Positions 61,918 to 64,000 of a stretch of DNA of 64,000 bases are shown in pieces. The stretch lies in the NCBI GenBank assembly GCA_000002435.2, contig CM018792.1; one strand, written 5' to 3'. Made by a program: the position numbers and the translations under genes. The notes under the pieces were generated by a model. The model ran no database searches. It saw only the letters and a program-made list of their open reading frames with translations, and was not told where the DNA came from. Origin of the DNA: Giardia intestinalis (lineage: Eukaryota). Positions within the stretch are counted from its first letter, which is position 1. Each line of letters opens with the position of its first letter.

Positions 61918-62436
61918 ATGGGGAAGGGTGGCAGACATCCAGCATACATCAGGGCCCACTCCAAACGCCAGGATGTCACCCGGGCCATGGAGAAGAATGC
62001 CCAAGCTCTCAAGGAGGGGGACATGAACTTTACGAAACAGCTGCTCGAGAACCACCGCATAAAGGAACAGATCCAAGTCCAAATGAAACTGAAGCGGGCG
62101 CAGGAGGCGCAGCAGATAACGCAAGAATCTTCGCAAACTGAGGTCTTGTCCGAGAAATCCAAGGAGGAGATGTACAAGACTAACCAAGAGCGACTTCGAG
62201 AGTTAGCAGAGATACAGCCGACATCATATGAACACGCCATCAAATTGTCTGAAGAGCGCCAGAGAAGGATTGCATTGGAAAAGGAACGCATCGCAGCAGA
62301 AAAGCAAATTATAAAGGAAAAGAGAGAGCTGCGGAATCGGGCCCGGAAGGCCAGATTTAAGTTCACAGCAAAGGGGCAGCCCGTGATGGAGGCGTATATT
62401 GCCAACCTTCTCAAGCAAATCGAGAAAGGCAAGTAG
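61918..62436 (+). CDS. Lys/Glu-rich coiled-coil protein (hypothetical, possibly nucle(ol)ar). The ORF-track start at 61840 is TTG. The first ATG is 61918.
   Basis: MGKGGRHPAYIRAHSKRQDV... is followed by a K/E/Q/R-rich helical segment. No catalytic motifs. Confidence 0.4.
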   Translation: MGKGGRHPAYIRAHSKRQDVTRAMEKNAQALKEGDMNFTKQLLENHRIKEQIQVQMKLKRAQEAQQITQESSQTEVLSEKSKEEMYKTNQERLRELAEIQPTSYEHAIKLSEERQRRIALEKERIAAEKQIIKEKRELRNRARKARFKFTAKGQPVMEAYIANLLKQIEKGK

Positions 62437-62568
62437 GAGCACAAGTAAATTTCTGCCCACGCTATTCTTTGGGACTTGGAAGATGCCCTGCGAGCTGGCT
62501 CGGGAAAAGGAATACAGAGTTAAAATGCTTATGTTATTGTGTGGACAAATTAAACGGAAAAAAGATAG

Positions 62569-64000
62569 ATGAGCGGTAGGGGCCTGGCTGACAAGGACGA
62601 GCAGCAGCACACTGCTAACTTCAAGAGCTTCCTTGACAGTGGGGACGGGCAGAAGCCAACGATCGCCAATATCCCCAAGAAGGTCTCGCTCTACTCCAGC
62701 CTGCCCAGCTTCAAGGACATTCAGGAAGACTCCAGACCCTTCCTCCTGATATGCAAACTTCGACAGTGCTCCAAGTTTGTTCGACAGGAGGATACAGAGC
62801 TGAGGAAGGTCAAGCACATGATCCTGTACCAGCTTTTGGATTACATTAACTCATCTAACAACATCTTTCCAGACATCGCCGTCCCAGACTTTTTTGCATG
62901 CGTTAGCGCAAACATCTTCCGTGCCACGGCGAAGCCTGCCTGTGACAATTATACCTGGGACAACGACGAGGACGAGCCAGCTATAGATAACAACTGGTAT
63001 CATCTGCAGTTTATCTACGAGCTACTCCTGCGATTCATCTTTGCAGCTAATCAGCATCCCCAGCACTCGGAGTATCACAAAAGTGTTAAGAAGTTCATCG
63101 ACACGGAGTTCATTCTGAAGCTTCTTCAACTTTTTAACACGTCCGATCCTCGGGAGCGTGACTACGTGAAGACAATCTTACACAGAATCTACGCTAATTT
63201 CATGATGATGCGCTCCTATATTCGGAGCATTATCAAGTCAGAGATCATGTGCTACATGAACTATTCTCAACGTCACAACGGTATTTGTGAAATCCTGGAG
63301 ATACTTGGATCTATTATCAACGGATTTGCCACTCCCCTCAAAGTGGAGCACATCTCTTTCATGGCGCAGGTCCTCCTTCCATTGCACCGTATTATGTATG
63401 TCAAGACAATACTGCCGCAGCTCAGCTACTGTGTATCTAAGTTTGTTGAGAAAGACCCCACGCTCTCTGCCGGCGTGGTCATGGGCGTTCTGAGCTATTG
63501 GCCGCGCCTCTCCAACCAGAAGGAGGTCAGCTTTTTGCAGGAGTTGGAGGAACTTCTGGAGGCCATACCCCCTGAACACTTGGTTACCACTGACACGTCA
63601 ACATATGTTCGGTTCAAGACAATTACTCAGAGCCAGAGCAGCACTGAGGAGCAGGCGACTATCACCAGTAGTGACCTCAAGAAGCCATCGTCTGCATTTA
63701 CGAAGAACTCCTGCCCCCATGACTTTGTGCCTAAGCTCCCAACCTTCCCTACGCCGAAGCTTGATCTGGCGATTTTCGACTTAAAGCCAGATTTCTTGCA
63801 GGATATCAAGAAATTCAACGTTTACAAGTCCATCTTCTATCACATTTCTCAGTGCATCTCCTCCTCTCATTTTCAGGTTGCCGAGCGGGCACTAAATATG
63901 CTTCTCAACACCAAGATTGCCAACCATCTCAAATTTGCAACGGCAAGCTATCAGAAGGTGGCCGATAGCTATGGGGTAGTTGTAACCAGCAAAAACTGTG
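62569..64000 (+). CDS. Protein phosphatase 2A regulatory subunit B56 (B', PR61), 3'-partial (runs off the window end). Not present in the supplied ORF track.
   Basis: Translated by hand from the ATG at 62569, preceded by taaacggaaaaaagatagATG. [12 protein letters not shown]...[11 protein letters not shown]...[30 protein letters not shown]...[33 protein letters not shown]...[21 protein letters not shown]...[17 protein letters not shown]...[15 protein letters not shown] matches B56 signature blocks ([52 protein letters not shown]). The frame stays open to nt 64000. Confidence 0.9.
   Translation, partial: [477 protein letters not shown]

Noticed and set aside
62224-62817. 197-aa minus-strand ORF and 61905-62444 (-) overlapping the K/E-rich gene and the B56 5' end
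   Set aside because: Antisense noise. The plus strand encodes an unmistakable PP2A B56 from 62569.
1-64000. Prokaryotic reading (operons, defence islands, CRISPR, Shine-Dalgarno sites)
   Set aside because: The gene content is eukaryotic (histone H3, eS4, RPB10, CPSF30, PP2A-B56, ankyrin/NEK). There are no direct-repeat arrays and no RBS-spaced starts. Signals match Giardia-type AT-rich initiators and AGTRAAY poly(A) sites.

Overview
This 64-kb window is compact, intron-free eukaryotic DNA. I attribute it to a diplomonad of the Giardia type from four features. (1) A variant-specific surface protein (VSP) C-terminal module ending in the hallmark ...[17 protein letters not shown] tail at 39051-39341. 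(2) AGTRAAY polyadenylation signals overlapping stop codons. (3) Very short AT-rich initiator regions directly abutting ATGs. (4) A histone-promoter 'him'-like motif upstream of histone H3, together with a gene repertoire of ankyrin-repeat 'Protein 21.1'-like proteins, a NEK-ankyrin kinase and a high-cysteine membrane protein (HCMP).

Genes I can support: a 5'-partial ankyrin protein, ribosomal protein S4, ornithine decarboxylase, a PKB-like AGC kinase, a 2169-aa HCMP, histone H3, a CPSF30/YTH1-like CCCH zinc-finger protein, an FHA-domain protein, a NEK-family pseudokinase with ankyrin repeats, an ankyrin-RING protein, a MAST/Greatwall-like AGC kinase of 2670 aa, an LRR protein, a RAD23-like Ubl/UBA protein, an SGT (small glutamine-rich TPR) homolog, RNA polymerase subunit RPB10, a GOT1 vesicle-transport protein, and a 3'-partial PP2A B56 regulatory subunit. 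The B56 gene is absent from the supplied ORF track because it runs off the window end. Several large hypothetical proteins are also present.

Two structural observations stand out.
- A perfect (as far as readable) 4129-bp inverted duplication, 39961-44089 versus 50029-54157, with a 5.9-kb spacer. It duplicates the 3' third of the big kinase gene, the whole RAD23-like gene and the 5' 411 bp of the SGT gene.
- About 600 bp outside the left arm of that duplication, a rearrangement-scar region. Removing one G at ~38937 restores a perfect C3HC4 RING finger in the ankyrin gene. That shifted frame reads without a stop through 38 codons into an orphan VSP 3' module.

Smaller observations:
- A 14-bp palindrome AGTAAACGTTTACT at 29553-29566 supplies overlapping poly(A) signals to the convergent histone H3 and CPSF30 genes.
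- A 3.7-kb GC-rich ORF-free island at 31310-35049.
- Many ORF-track 'M' starts are actually TTG/GTG codons. True ATG starts lie downstream and are preceded by AT-rich initiators.
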